Shown piece by piece: positions 23,260-36,731 of a stretch of 64,000 nt of DNA (the stretch's first letter is position 1; every line of letters begins with the position of its first letter). The translations under genes and the position numbers were made by a program. The notes below the pieces were generated by a model. That model had not been told where the DNA came from. It did not search any database and worked only from the letters and a program-made list of their open reading frames with translations. The DNA comes from Protoeuglena noctilucae (lineage: Eukaryota): NCBI GenBank assembly GCA_958009085.1, contig OY253669.1:248001-312000 (forward strand), given 5' to 3'.

Positions 23260-26245
23260 ATGCGCGCCCACACGTGTCTGCTGCTGGCGGCCGTCCTTGT
23301 CGAGTGCGTCCTCTGCGAAGCGTGCTGGTCGTCAAAGGCAACACTGCACGATGCTCCGCATGCGCATCTGACTGGACTGGCTGGAGAGGTGCGGCCCGGG
23401 ATGTGGTGTGTGCTCTGCTTGGATGAATGGAGGTTTCCTGGCCTCAGATGTCGTGATGTGACGCTGGAGCTCACGAGGTGTGTCATCCTGCACATGATGT
23501 CTCCTGCCTGTCGCACCCCAGGGGCTGGCGGGGGTGCGCAGACTCGCAGACGTGGACCAAGGGCCAGCGTCGCCGTTGGACCAGACGCTCCGGAAGTATT
23601 GGACGCACGGGGAGATCGAGGGATGGATTTCGGACTATCTCACGCGATGCGGGCGCATCGCGCGCCAGGTGGGCTCGCGCACGGCTGCGCCATCGATCGT
23701 GCCGGGGTTCAACGCTCCAGCGACGTTTCCCGGGCCCCTCGCGCGCAGCACGCGATCGGGACCTCGGTTGGAGGCAAGACAATCTGGGCTGTGGAGGTCA
23801 GCAAGGACATCGACCGCGCCGACGACATGCTCAAGGCCAACTTCCGATACGTCGGCAATGTGCACGGCGACGAGCCGCTGGGGAGGCAGATTCTGCCAGC
23901 TCTGGGTGAGTATGCGACATTAGGAACGCAATGAACGCTCGCAGCGGGAGCAAGAACGCGGCTGGCGGGGTCGCCTGCGGGGCCAGGGTGCGGGTGCGGG
24001 TCAACGTCTCTCCTTTGCGCATCTGCAGCCGAGTACCTGTGCATGGGCGGCAGCAAGGACCTGGCGACGGAGGTGGACGACCTGCTCGAGGGCGTGCGCC
24101 TGTTCTTGGTGCCCACGGCGAACCCGGACGGGTTCACGCAGACGGGCATTTGGCAGCGGGAGAACAGCCGCGGAGTGGACCTCAACCGCAACTTCCCAGG
24201 TATGAGGGTGCGGTGGGAGACGCTGCGGGCCTTGGGCATGGCATTGCTCGCTCTCTTGCTGCTCTGCTGGGTCGTCTGCACGCCGCCGCTCTCATCGAAC
24301 GTGCAGCCGGCTCTGGCCCGTGACCCTGCGAGCTCCCGCGCCGGCCACAGATTGGATTAGGGAGGGCATTTACCCGGGGAACCCCCGGGAGGGCTCGAAC
24401 CCCCGCCTGGAGATCACGGGCACACAGCAGCCCGAGACGCGTGCCCTGATGAACTGGGCAAAGGAAGTGCGATTTCTGGGGTCATGTACTCTCCATGAGG
24501 TAAGGAATCTGCAGATGCGCAGTTGGTGTTGCCAGGACTGGGATTGCTGAGCGGTGCGCGCTACGCCGGGGTGCGGAGGGGCCAGGCAGGGAGCCTTGCG
24601 CCCGTGCACTACAGGGTGCGATGGTGGCCAACTATCCCTGGGACGGGCGCCTGGACCTGCGGATGGAGTCGCAGTACCACGCGTCCCCGGAGGACAGCAC
24701 GTTCCGGATGCTGGCGTCCGCGTATGCGTCCATGCACACGCGCATGAGCGCGAGCGTCGAGGTGCGGCGGCAAGAGAGCCTGCCTGTGCGGGAAGCCCAG
24801 GGCGTGGACGCGGCATGGCACCCCGGCATCCGTGTGCCTGTGTGCCTATACCTGTGTCATTGCCACAATTACTATCGACGTTGCCGTCTATCGCCTGCGC
24901 GCAGTTCCGTGGGACCGGGGGCATCACGAACGGCTCCCAGTGGTACCCCGTGTACGGTGGCATGCAAGACTGGATGTACATCGTGGGCGACACGTACGAG
25001 CTGACGCTGGAAATCAGCGAGTCCAAGCACCCACCCGAGAGTTACATACGCCAGGTGTGGGAGGAGAACCGGGCCGCCATGGTCAAGTACCCATTGCTCG
25101 TGGCGTACGGGGGCATCTACGGCCGACTGCGCGAGGGCGACCCCGAGGGAGGGCCCGCGCGGCCCGCGACGGAGGCGGTGGTTGCGATCGAGGGCAACCC
25201 CAAGCTCTCGCGACCCGGCAAGCAGGGGCAGTTCTTCCGCCCGGTCGTCCCAGGTGCGCGGGCGCAGCGTTCGCGGCCTGCCGCCCCTCCATGTGCTCGC
25301 TTTGGCACCGAAGGGCGGGGCTGGGTGAGCCGAGTGTCCACTTTATCAAGCCCCGTCCGCCGTGACGTGCGGTGCAGGGACCTACACGGTGTCCTTCTAC
25401 TCGGCCTGGCACGAGACGTACTCGACCACCGTGACCGTGGAGAAGGGCAAGCCCGCGTTCCTAGACGTGACGTTGGTCCCCTGCAAGGGCGGCGGTCTGT
25501 GCAGCGGGGCGATGGATGGGGAGCAAGCAATCGAGGCGTCAGGGTGGTTGTCACCGGTGAGCCTGCTTCTCTCTAACATGCCTCTGCGAAGGGTGGTGAA
25601 TGCTTATGATCTCCTGGCTGCCGTCCTGGGGGCCTCGTCAGCCGTGCATGGTTCGCTGCCCGGTCTCCCTCATCGCCCTGACCCACCGCATCGCACCTTG
25701 CATCTTCGTAACCGCGTCTCAACTCGGAATGATGCTATGGTTCCACCGTGGCGCACACGGCCCCACGCCATCACTCACGCGGCACGTTCCTTCTACCCCA
25801 TTGCTGCAGTGGTCAACAGCCGATGCGAACCTGAACGGTGGATACGGCATGGAGCCCCCGTTGACGCCGAGTCCCAAGCCCGCCACCCCAGTCGCGGCCG
25901 ACACCCCCGCCGGTGGGGGCAGGTTCTTCGACCGCACTCCGCCCGTCGTCCCCGTGGAGCCCGCCGCCCCGCAAGACGGCGTGTGGCTCAGGTGAGCGAA
26001 CGCGTTGACGTTCTTATGATGCACAAGAACATGTGACCGCCTATGGCTGCTTGGACCATGGCTGCTCGATGAATGACACGCGTCGGTCAGTCGTGTTGTG
26101 CAGGTATTCGGTCGTGCTCGTCATCGTCTCCGGTGTGGCCTTCGTGGGGCATCGAATGGCCAACCGGTACGTTCAAGGGGGCGCGAGTCGCGGATCGTCG
26201 CAGTCGAAAAGCGACGACGACCGTCGGGGATCTGAAGAGCCGTGA
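23260..26245 (+). CDS. Zn carboxypeptidase D-like (M14B, SOL1-like) with signal peptide and C-terminal TM segment
   Basis: IGTSVGGKTIWAVEVS, YVGNVHGDEPLGR (HxxE), LVPTANPDGF, RENSRGVDLNRNFP, LHE/GAMVANYPWD, GITNGSQWYPVYGGMQDWMY and ELTLEIS, plus a hydrophobic last exon. Confidence 0.93.
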
Positions 26246-26496
26246 GCGGCCCACAAGGGTGACCCGCGCCGTCAGGCCCGCATTGACGAGCAGCGCTCGT
26301 AGGTCGCGTGTGACACTAGTGACAGTCGCCAATCCTTTGCCCAGCATCGCCAGCGACTGCCCTTGTCGGGCACTCTGCCCACCGTGTCTAGTCCGTGGGT
26401 AGTAGTTCATTCCTCTACAAGATTGTCCGCATTGAAGCAGGACCATCGAAACAAGCAAAGGGAGCATGTAAGCGCCCATCTAAAGCCCACGAAAGC

Positions 26497-28562
26497 TCAG
26501 AGGGGCTGTGCTGACGACATCGTCCTTGCGCGGTCCAGCCCCGCCCGCCACGCGCGGTGCCCCGGCAACCCTTGGTCCTTTTTAAGAGAGTTTGGCACCG
26601 GGAGGGCTTTGCGGTCCAGGAAGCTCCGGTAGGTGGCGAGGGAGATGTCGAGCTCCTCTCGCAGGAACTGGAGGATGCGCTGCACCTCGTCCATGTTGTG
26701 GTAGTCGCGGGGCAGGAGCAGCAGGAGCGCAAACATGTCTTCCTGTAAGGGCATGATGAAGTTGGCGAGTTGAGAAGGCGCGCAGGCACCTGGCGGAGGC
26801 AAAGGGTGATGAGGCGCGCTTGAGATGGCACGGGGAACGCAAAAGAGCCTGCGTTTGTTACCTGAGAGAAGGACTCTCCGCGCTCGATGGTGTCTTTGAG
26901 GATGAAGAGGACGACTTGCTGCTCGGCGGTGAGCTGGGCGTTGTTGGAGGTGAGCTGGTACATGAGGCGGCTCCACCACGAGTGGTTGTCCAGGGCGTCG
27001 AGCGTACCCTTGAGCTTGCGCTTCTCCGCCTCGAGCTCCCACGCCGTGACGCTCAGGGGGCCCGTGGATTTGGGCGGAAGGGTCAGGTACCTTCGCTGGT
27101 AGCTCTCCAGTCGCATCGACGCACGCTCGCCCAGCTGCTCCTGCAGGCGCTCCCGGAGCTTATTCTGCATCGTCAAAAACGACTTGCGGTGCTCGTCCAC
27201 CGCCTTGTCCGGCGCCAGCGACAGGGCCACGCGCGCCAGGGCGTGGGCGGCTGCGGGGACGGCGGGGTGGGGGCGTCGGTCCCGCGTTGCACAAGGGGCC
27301 ACACACGCGCATGAGTTCCAAGCGCAGTCATGCTTGCGATAGCTCGGAATCTCCTTTATCTCTCTGTGCTCGAGCCCTTCGTAAGGGGGTGGAGCATGGG
27401 TGCTGACCCACTCGCCTTTCTTCTCGGTGTCCTCCCCCACAATGATGGCCTTGCGTGCGTTGGTCACGACAGGCAAAGACGTGTTGGGGTCATGCCCCAG
27501 CATGCCCAGCGCCGTCATGGCCTTGAGGACGATCGGGTGCAGCGGCTGGCTCGGGGCCTCGGGCTGTGGCGCGGCCGCCACGCCGCTGCTCGACACCGTG
27601 GGGATGTTCGGGAGGCGGTGACCCTCATGACTGACGTCTTCCATGGAAACGAGGGACTGGTGGATGTCGATGGCCCAGAGGGACGACATGCTGCGGAGCT
27701 GGGAGCTCGGGATGATGAGCTGGCTCTGCATCCGCAGCACGTCCACGAAGCCCTTGCCGTGAGAGCACAGCCTCAGGCGGTGCTCGCTGTCCCGCAGAGT
27801 TCTGGAGAGGTCGGAGATGCCTGCGTGGCGGCGGCGAGAGCACAGAGACCGTGGGTGCGCGCTGCAAGGCTGTAGCTGTGTTGGCCGACAACACGCCGGC
27901 AGGGCCTCGCTGACAGCAATTGCGGGATGCCGAGCGGCTGCTGCTGTCACCTGTGTTCCGCCACCGCCGGATCTCCCGTGCCTTCGGCACCTCGGCCTTT
28001 CCCTCCGTCGCCACTGCCGCCCTCTGCTCCTGCGCCGCCCTGTCATCCTTCGATCTGCCCAGCTGCTTGCTCCCGAGCCGGGCGGGCCTGCGTTAAGACG
28101 GAAAGCAGGACTTCGAGAGTGTCGCTCCAGGCGCCCGCACCGCGCGTGCAGCTGCGCCCAGCACCTCAGCGGGTCCTTCAGGTCGGGGTCCGGCGTTCCG
28201 AGGGGTCGGTACGGCTTCCTCACGTCCGCTGCCCGCCCGCAATGCTCCCGGATATATTGCCGCCTCTTGTCGATCTCGGCTTGCACGTCGGGAGGTACCT
28301 CCTGCGAAGGGACGCGCATGCCATGGGATGGCAAGCGTTTCCGAGGGTATCGGGCTGTTTTGCAGCGACGGCGCGCACTTGCGTGACGTTCATTGCAACC
28401 TCTTCGTGCAGAAGCAAAAGACAGCGGCCTAGAACTCGCCTGCTCGAGGTAGTGCCTCGTCCGCGCCAGGATGCGCGGCGCGGGCCTGAAGGCGTCATGG
28501 CGCTCGGCGAGACGGAGGAGCAGGTTGTCATGGTCCCTGTCCAACCCATCCATATCTCCCAT
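26497..28562 (-). CDS. Hypothetical multi-exon protein (coiled-coil; no recognised family)
   Basis: Coding-like exons (EIDKRRQYIREHCG, LQEQLGERASMRLESYQRRY, EDMFALLLLLPRDYHNMDEVQRILQFLREEL) are separated by GT-AG intron-like stretches. Confidence 0.55.
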
Positions 28563-29394
28563 GGCGGCTCAGGGCTCTCCAGCGGGCTTTGCGCGAGGCT
28601 ATCGACGTGTTGGCATGTTGGCTGGCCTGGTGGCCCGCATCGCCGCCCTTCCCCACCGCCAGATGTTCCACGAGCACTACACTATGTGGTAAAACGATCC
28701 GAAACGGCGGCGACGCTCGAATCTCAGCGAGGCCGGCTGGGGAACACGGCGACGTTCACAGAGGGGAGGGGGGGGACGACGGCAAGCGCTGTGTGCGTAC
28801 ACGCATTGGCCGGCTGATGATGGTGCACGAGAGAGAAACGGGTAGAGCCGTGGCGTGGCCCGCCATGTGCTGCAGTGCTGCCAGTCGCTGCGCGGATGCC
28901 AGCGAGCCTGGGAGGACAAATGGCTATGCTTGTTGGTCGTGGGCCATGAAAGGATGGTGGCGGGACCAAGACAGAGCGAAGTTAAGGATTCCATCGTTGG
29001 GGCAGTGCAGGGTTTGGCTGCTGAGCCTAGCCTCGATTGCCACGTAGCGCTCGGCGGACACTGCTTCTGTCTACGTGGCGTCCACCGCGCTGGGAGAGAG
29101 CCCGCGGTCCTCTGCTCTGGGCAGCACGCCCGTGCGCAGCGAGGGTCGGAAGAATGCTGAGCGCGAAGGCCGCTTCCAGCGTCTGTCGGCTCGCCAGGCC
29201 GTGCTGTCGGAGATATGCAGTGCGCTCTCCTGCACCGTTCCGCCAAATATCATCTCCGCTTCCGGCCCGGTCAAATGTTCCTTCCGCACCCTTTGTCGGC
29301 TGGGCGCGCCCCGATCAGGTGCTGTCCTCGCTTCGATGCAGATATCAACGAGCATTGTTGTGAACTGGAGCGGCTGGAGCTGATCTCTTTGCCA

Positions 29395-32046
29395 ATGCTC
29401 GCGCCCCTTCGCCGCCCGGCATGCCTTGCCACCCGCTCACACTTTGCGTCGCAGTGCCGGACCATGCGAGGGAGGATGGCCGTGCCCGCCACTCCTGCAC
29501 CTCAGTCTGACAGTATGGATACCGAGGATGGGTGGGAGAACGACGGGACGACGGAGGTGCGGCCAATTGCTGGACAGTTGGCGCAGCATCTCTTGCCATC
29601 CCCTCCGCGGCGCCGCCGCATGCGCTCCCATGCGCGCTTGCTCATCCTCGCGCAGATCGTCGTGGATGGGTCGACGGAGGGGACCCCCAGGGGCATGACG
29701 GCCGCGGAATTGGAGGAGGTCGTGGCTGAGATGGAGGCCGATGCCGCAGAGCTGCTGGCCGCCGCGCTGGACTGGGCCCCGGGTGATTCGCGGGTCTCCT
29801 TGCTCGGAAATGATGAGCTCCCGTGCGAGGCATGCCTGCTTGGAGGGGCCCCTGCACCTCACCCGGCGATGGCCCTTTCGATGCAGAGTTGTTCGACCTG
29901 GACAATGACTATTACGACGAGGATGACGAGGAGTCGGAATCAACGGAGGTCGAGGAGTCGGCAGCGAGTGCGGTAGATGCGTCTGAACGGGACAGCGCCG
30001 ACGGAGAGGAGGCGGAGGGAACGTCGGAGGAGGACGGGTGGGTGGATGGCGACCCAGCCTCCGTCGAGCTTTCCATCGTGCTCTGCGACGACGCGACCAT
30101 CCAGTCGCTCAACCGGGAATGGCGCGGCAAGGACGCCCCGACGGACGTTCTGTCCTTTTCCCTGCGTGAGGGCGACGACGACGACCCGGGGCTCTTGCTG
30201 CCCATCGTCATGCTGGGCGACCTCGTGCTGTCCATCGACACGGCGCGCATGCAGGCGGAGGAGCGGGGCCACTCGCTGCGCGACGAGCTGCGCGTCCTCT
30301 TGGTCCACGGCCTGCTGCACCTGCTGGGGTTCGACCACGAGGCGGGTGCGAGCGAGGAGGAGGAGGTGAGGCCCGCTGCTCGCTCGCTGCCATGGGCCGC
30401 CCGCGCTATGCGCTGCGACGTTGAGCTTTCAAGCTGTGTCGTGGCTTTCGTCGTGTCGAGACACGACCGTCGCGTCGGGACCGCAGATGACAAAGGCGGA
30501 GCAAGAGCTCCTGTCGATCATGGGGTGGTCGGAGAACGGCCTCATCGCGTCGTCGAGGAAGGCCGCGGACGACGAGTGAGTGGATGCCGTCGTGGGAGCG
30601 CAGGGGCACGTACTGCAGCCTTGAGGCAGGGAGGCACACGCTGACCGGGCCAACGTAGCGGCTGCTATGGGACGCTATGGTTGAAGCAGTCGAGCAAGCT
30701 TCTGCAAGGATGACCGATGTGGCGATGGACTGCCGCAGGAGACCCCCGGGCGGGGCGGGGCGCGGCGCTCGGGGCAGCCCGGTGGTTCTGGCGGCGTCGC
30801 CGGTGCAGGAAACAGGGGCGCGGCGGAGGTCGAGCGCGGACATCCAGCTGGTGGCGCTGGACATGGACGGGACGCTGCTTAACAGCCGCAGCGTCGTCAG
30901 CCCCGCCACCGCAGACGCCATCCACGCTGCGTTAGGGAAGGGCGTGATGGTGATGCTCGCGACCGGTGAGATGACGTTTTGGATGCACACGAGCGAGCGT
31001 CACAGCATTTCTTGACCACGACCTCGGCGCTTGCGGTTGCTGTTGCAGCTTGGCTGTTGGCTCGCAGGGTTCCTGCAATGTCCTCCATGCCTCGCCGCCA
31101 TCGTGCAGGAAAGGCGAGGGTGGCGGCGGAGCGCGCGCTGCACTCGGTGGGCCTAGCAGGCGACGGCCTCATGGTGGCGTCCAGTGTCCCGGGGATTTTC
31201 CTCCAGGGCCTGGCCGTGTACGGCCGGGGCGGGGCGGAGATCCCCGGCAAGTCCCTCTCGCCCAGCGTGGTGGCTGCGGCGTTTGAATGGGCGGCCAGGG
31301 AGGGCGTCCCTCTGGTTTCCTTCCACGGGGACGAGTGCCGCACCCTCCGTATGACGCTGGAGCTCGAGCAGCTGCACACAGGCGCGTCCGGGCCTCGCAT
31401 GGGCTGGGCCGGGGCGGCTGGGGTGGTTCCTGCGAGCTTGAATGTCGGGCGCGCCGCTTCTCTCGAGGCTCGTCCGGCATTCACGTGAATGCCAGATGAC
31501 TCGTGTCCTTCCCGCAGTGTACTACGAGCCCCTTGCGCACGTCATGCCGACGGTGGCGGCGCTCCTGTCGGGTCCTCCCGTAAAGAAGCTCCTCTTCATG
31601 TCGAAGCCACCCGTGATCGACGCTTTGCGGCCCGAGTGGGCGCGGCGGCTCTCGGGCACGGGTGCCGCCATCACGCAGGCGGTGCCCAGCATGCTGGAGG
31701 TGCTGCCGGCGGGTGTCAACAAGGGCGTCGCTCTGCAGAGCCTCGTCCCTTCGTTGGGGTTCACCATGGACCAAGTCATGGCTGTGGGAGACGGTCTAAA
31801 CGATCTCGAGGCGAGGGGCCGGATTGCAAGCTACGGGACACACATCAATCGACCTAGCGCCCTCGTGCCAAATGTGTCTTGCAGGTAAGCCACCGTGTCT
31901 CGCATCACTCGCAGATGGTTTCCACGGCGGGGTGGGGCGTGGCCATGGGCAACGCGGTGCCTCAAGTGCGCTCGTCAGCGAAGGCCGTGGTGGCGTCGCA
32001 CGACGAGGACGGCGTGGCAGAGGCCCTTTCGCGCTTCGTGCTCTGA
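29395..32046 (+). CDS. ybeY: Plastid-type YbeY endoribonuclease fused to a Cof-type HAD hydrolase
   Basis: LNREWRGKDAPTDVLSF, LGDLVLSIDTA and HGLLHLLGFDHE (YbeY), followed by ALDMDGTLLNS, ATG/K and VGDGLNDLE/M...GVAMGNA (HAD). The N-terminus resembles a transit peptide. Confidence 0.93.
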
Positions 32047-32337
32047 AAGCAGCTCGCCAGTAGTGCAGATATCTACGTGTCCCGCCGGGCGCTCCTCGTT
32101 CCAGAGTAAGCAAAGACAGGTTAGAGATTCAACAGGAGCAGTTCAAATCCAACAGTCGTGGTCACTGGCGCTGACCCAAGGCAAAGATTGCACAGCGTAC
32201 AGCCCCCTACTGGTGGGACCACGGCATCGGGTCAGACACGGATGGCATTTCCGAAACTGACAACTGGCTCGCAGGGAAGAGCGAAAGAGCACGGCGGCGG
32301 ATGAGCAGGGCACTGGTGCAGGCCATAAGTAGGGCCG

Positions 32338-33253
32338 TCATGCCACCGTGAGGCCCTGCACGTAGGCAACACGCGCGGGGTGGCTGTCGTAGTTGTCGCT
32401 TCGGTTGAGGGGCGTCCAGACGGGTTCCCCCACGAAGAGCCGCTTGGCCTTGATGTAGTTGCCCTCGTCGAGGGTGAACCGGTGCCAGATGCCGGCCGGC
32501 AGCACGATCATGTCCCCCTTCTGGCACGAGATGCGAATCCACCGGTCCTCCGCGTCCCGCACGTCGAAGTACCCCGACCCGTCCAGCACGTAGCGAATCT
32601 CCTCGTCCGCGTGGATGTGCTCCTCGAAGAAGATCTTGAGCTTCGCCTCGTAGCCGGGCAGCCGGTCCTTGTGGATGTCGATCTCGTCCTCGTACGTGTA
32701 GCCCCGGACCTTGCGGATGGCCTGGTACTGGGCGTCTGCACGCGCGAAAGCCAGCCGGGTCGCCATTATGGCAAGCAACGTAGCCAGGGCCAGCGCACTA
32801 TGCCTGGGGCCATGCGGCGTGCCATCATGACACGATTTGTCCCAGGCCGGCGCACGGTGCCTGGGGCCATGCGACGTCACCTTCTGCGTACCCGTCAGGG
32901 TTGATGTGCCACGAGACGACCCCCAGCTGACGGAGAACGTCGACAGGGCACGGCCGGTTGGGCTCCTGCCTGTGCGGGAGACGCTGCGGGCACCACAGGC
33001 GGCCCAGGCGGTGGTGCTCGCCCCTCTGCGGCCTCACTTCCCCGCGCACCGTCCAGCTCGCTGCCGCACCTGATCGTCAGCGCTGTCGTCCATGTACCAC
33101 GCCTCGAGCTTGCTCTCCTCCGCAGGCTGAGGCTGCGGGCGCACGACGGACGAGATCGGCAGTGCCTCCTGCTCTCCTGCGGCCGTGGTCTCCCTAGGCG
33201 AAACAGTGCATGCCTACCTGCGCGAGGGCCTGCTCCGATGCGCTGACAGCCAT
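32338..33253 (-). CDS. ARD: Acireductone dioxygenase (methionine salvage)
   Basis: [62 protein letters not shown] and [14 protein letters not shown]. Confidence 0.95.
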
Positions 33254-33759
33254 CGCGGCGCACAGGATTGGGACGCCCGCGGTCGGTGAGGAGGAACAGC
33301 GCGCTTGCACTCGCTACGCCTGAGCTGCACGCCGCAGATGAGACGCCGACCTTCAGGAACTGCACTGGAAAGCGCCTTGCCCTTTGGGGGAGAGGAAACG
33401 ACTAGCCTGGCGCCAGTCTGCAGCATCGGGAGCGATCCGCGCCTACGCACGGTATGATAAGATCAGTTTCTCTTACTAGCCAGTACGTCCCCTCCCTCGG
33501 TCTCTGTTCTCGCGTGCACCCGTCGCCCGCTTTACCTCGCCCCAGCTCGCCGCCGGCGCTTCTTACTCACGCTTATGTTCAAGGTCGAGCGAACAGGTGA
33601 GCGGACGCGAGCCCGTGACCTCTCGAACTCGGGGGGGCCGAGCGTCGGCGCGCGTTTGCACCATGCCACGCAACCGCCCCCAGAAAGACCGGCCGGCTCG
33701 TCTCCCCAGTTATCAAGCACGTGTGTTCCATCCAGAACTCGCCGGAAGTGGCGCGAGCC

Positions 33760-35588
33760 ATGGAGGTCGAGGATTACTCGGCGGGGGAGGAGGGCGAGGT
33801 CGAGGAGGGCGAAATTGGGGCCAACGTCGTCGTGGTGAGCCGATGCGCGCGCTGGGGTCTACTGTAGGCGATCTGCCACTACATGCGCCGGGGAACAGGG
33901 CCCCCGTGCCTTCCGCAGCGAGAGGACGCCCTCCACATCATCAAGTGCGGGTCACTGAGCTCGGCGGATGTCATGGGCCTCTTCCCGGACCAAGACATCA
34001 TCCAGAAGGTCGAGTGGGTCACCGACGACTCTTGTAACGTCGTCTTCGACTCCCTGGACGCCGTCGCAATGGCGCTCAACAAGGTCGCGAAGTTGGTGAG
34101 GGCGTCGAGCGAAGGCGCGGCCACGTGGGCACGCGTTTTGTGGCCTCCGAACTCACGACCTCGCTGTACAAGCCAGTGCGTTGCGCAGGACGACGGCACC
34201 ATGCCGAGCATCCTGAAGCAGAACTTTCACTGGTGGATTATCAAGTGTCCGTCTGCCGGGGTGGAGGTTTACGCCCGCCAGGCCCTGGTCAGCGACAAGG
34301 CGGGTGCGGATGGGGGCGTCCCTGACGCCGGCGCGCGTGCCGCGTCCGCCCACACCCGGGCTCGGAGCTCCCAGGGCGCGAGCAGCAGCCGGGGGCTTCG
34401 AGTCCAGTCCGGCGCACGCGTGCCCAAGGTGAGCGTGGCCGTCGCATGCTGCCGCGATGTTCCGATGCGTGCATGCGCTGGCGCGCGACGGGACGTAAGC
34501 GCTGCGCACGGCGCCCGCAGCACCACCGCTCGCACCCGACGACGGCGGCCAAGCGGCAGGCGGTGCTGGGGACCCTCGCGGGCCTGGAAGACGGGTTCGA
34601 GGACGGCGAGCTCGACTTCTTGGACGCGATGACGACGGACGAGGCGGCGCACGTTGCGCAGATGGAGCGGGGCGGGGCGCCCGACCCACGGCGCCTGGGC
34701 CGGGCCCTTCCTGTGTACGGGGACCTGGGCGAGGGCGCCACGCGGCGCCGGGGCAAGCCCATGGGCGCTTACATGGACCGGACCCGCAAGCGCGAGCCCC
34801 TGAGGCTCGGGGCCCCGCCGGAGGAGTCGGACCCAGAGCGCCGACGCGCCGACTTGCGGAGCCTGGTCCTCAGCAACAAGCCCCTGGGCGCCGCGAGGCC
34901 CGCGTCTCCCGAGGTACGAGGCGGTCTGCGAGTGATTGACAGCCCTGCGCGGGCGGTTGATGCCCCTCGACTCCATGCATGCACATCGCTGTGCCTGCTC
35001 TGCCCTGCCCAGGTGGTCCGGATCGAGGTGGACGACGATGAGGAGGGCCAGATCGTGGAGGAGAAGAAGCCGCTGGAGCCATTAAGACTGGCCCCCTGGC
35101 ACGGGCCCAGGCCGGAGGCAAAGGCACCGGACGCGAACGCGAACGTCGCCAGGGGCCGGGGCGCGGCGACTTTCCGTGGAGCGTGAGTGCCTCGCGATGC
35201 GCGCGAGTGCGACTGCGGCTGCGGTTGGAAGGCTCAAGCCGGTGTCGACGCGCGATTCTTCTCCTGCGCCCGCAGGCCCTCGCACATCCTCGGCTTCGAG
35301 CGAAGAGACGTGAGCGTGACGCCCGTGCCGGAGATCATCCGGGCGGAGCCCCTGGCGCCGCCCCGCGACCGCGAGCCGGAGGAGCGGAGATCCGAAGACC
35401 AGAGGCGCGAGCCCCGCAGGCTGGATGTGCGGGTGGGAGGCGCGGCGAGGGAAGACCGGGAGCGGGGCTCCCGGCGCGCTCCGCCCCGCTCGGCGCTGCG
35501 CACGCATGACGACGGCGTCAAGAAGCGCGGCAGGGGGTTCTCTCAGGGGGGAGTGGGCGCCATGATTGCTTTCGGCACCCGTGCCTGA
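33760..35588 (+). CDS. NCBP3-like (DUF2414) RRM-type protein, multi-exon
   Basis: REDALHIIKCGSLSSADV...KVEWVTDDSCNVVF matches the NCBP3/DUF2414 motif, followed by an R/E-rich tail. Confidence 0.7.
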
Positions 35589-35972
35589 CGCTGGCACCCC
35601 TGCCACTGGCGGGCTCGGCCCGGCTAGCCAACGCTTTGCGATGGGCCTTGGGCCGGCAGTTGTTGCCGTTGAAACGAACCGTCTCCGTCGACGAGATCAG
35701 CATCAGCGCATACGAACCGAAAAGCTCGGGTGAGCTGTCCATCGACGTGTCCCGGTCCAACGCGTCGCCTGGGCGTCGAGGGGCGCGCCATCGGCCTACC
35801 AGCAAGCGTTTTCTTCGGTTATCGTCCGCTTGTGACCGTCTCAGCTCACGCGGCCTTCTCTCGCGCCCGCTGCGGGTGAAGCGACGTGGAACGTTTTCCC
35901 TGTGCCCTGCGCCATCTCAGGGATATTTACAGCTACCGGGCGGCACCGCAACACAGGGACTCGAAGCAGAAG

Positions 35973-36464
35973 ATGTGGATCAAGCCAGACGTGTTGCCTG
36001 TGGTCGGGGCAGTGACGGCCGGGGTGGCAGGTGAAATAGGTGTACGCGGCCCGGACCCTCGCCAGTGGCGGTGCGTGCGAGCAAGATTCCACCCTGTTCT
36101 GCTCCGCAGCGATGTTCTACACGATGTACCATTCGACCTTGCACTACGAGGACGTGCGCCTGAGCAAGCGCGACCGCAGCAACCCCTTCGCGGAGGTTGA
36201 GAGGCCGCGCCGCTTCGAGAACCTCGGCCACAAGTGAGGACCTGGGCGCCACGCGTGCGGCTGGCTTGCAACCTGGCAACCTGGCACGCGTCCTGTGCTG
36301 TCCAGTCCAACCTGCAGTTAACCATTGATGTGTGTTGCAGGCACGTGGAGTCCAGCTTCTTCCGCCACTGGGCCGAGAAGCACGACGCGCAGCTCTATAA
36401 CCCGCGGTTGCACCAGCAGCGCATGATCTTCCCCGCGCCCTGGAGGATGGAGCAACAGCAGTGA
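35973..36464 (+). CDS. B12D / NDUFA4(MLRQ)-like small mitochondrial membrane protein, paralogue A (3 exons)
   Basis: MWIKPDVLPVVGAVTAGVA / AMFYTMYHSTLHYEDVRLSKRDR / HVESSFFRH. Approximate exons are 35973-36030, 36110-36233 and 36341-36464. Confidence 0.75.
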
Positions 36465-36731
36465 GAGTTCAATGCGCGTCCAGTGTCCGTGCAGCCCTTT
36501 CTCCCCCGTTTCCAACACAAAGCCACAACATCCAAGCGACGCGAAGAGTCCAGAGAGCGAGCAAAGCTTGGCGCCATTTGAAAACCGCCGCGCGTGAGCT
36601 GCCTCGCCGCCCCTGCCTCAGAAAGGCGCGTCCTGCTTCTCCGGCAGTCCCAGGAAGTGCCCCGTCGTGTCCGGGCCCAGCTCATCCACAATGTCCTTCT
36701 GCGACAACAGCGAAGGCCCAAGGTCTTTGCG

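Noticed and set aside
29395..32046. YbeY-HAD fusion as a novelty
   Set aside because: This architecture is already known for plant plastid YbeY.
32800..32880. Duplicated TGCCTGGGGCCATGCG in an ARD intron
   Set aside because: This is a short intronic duplication like others in the window, with no sign of function.
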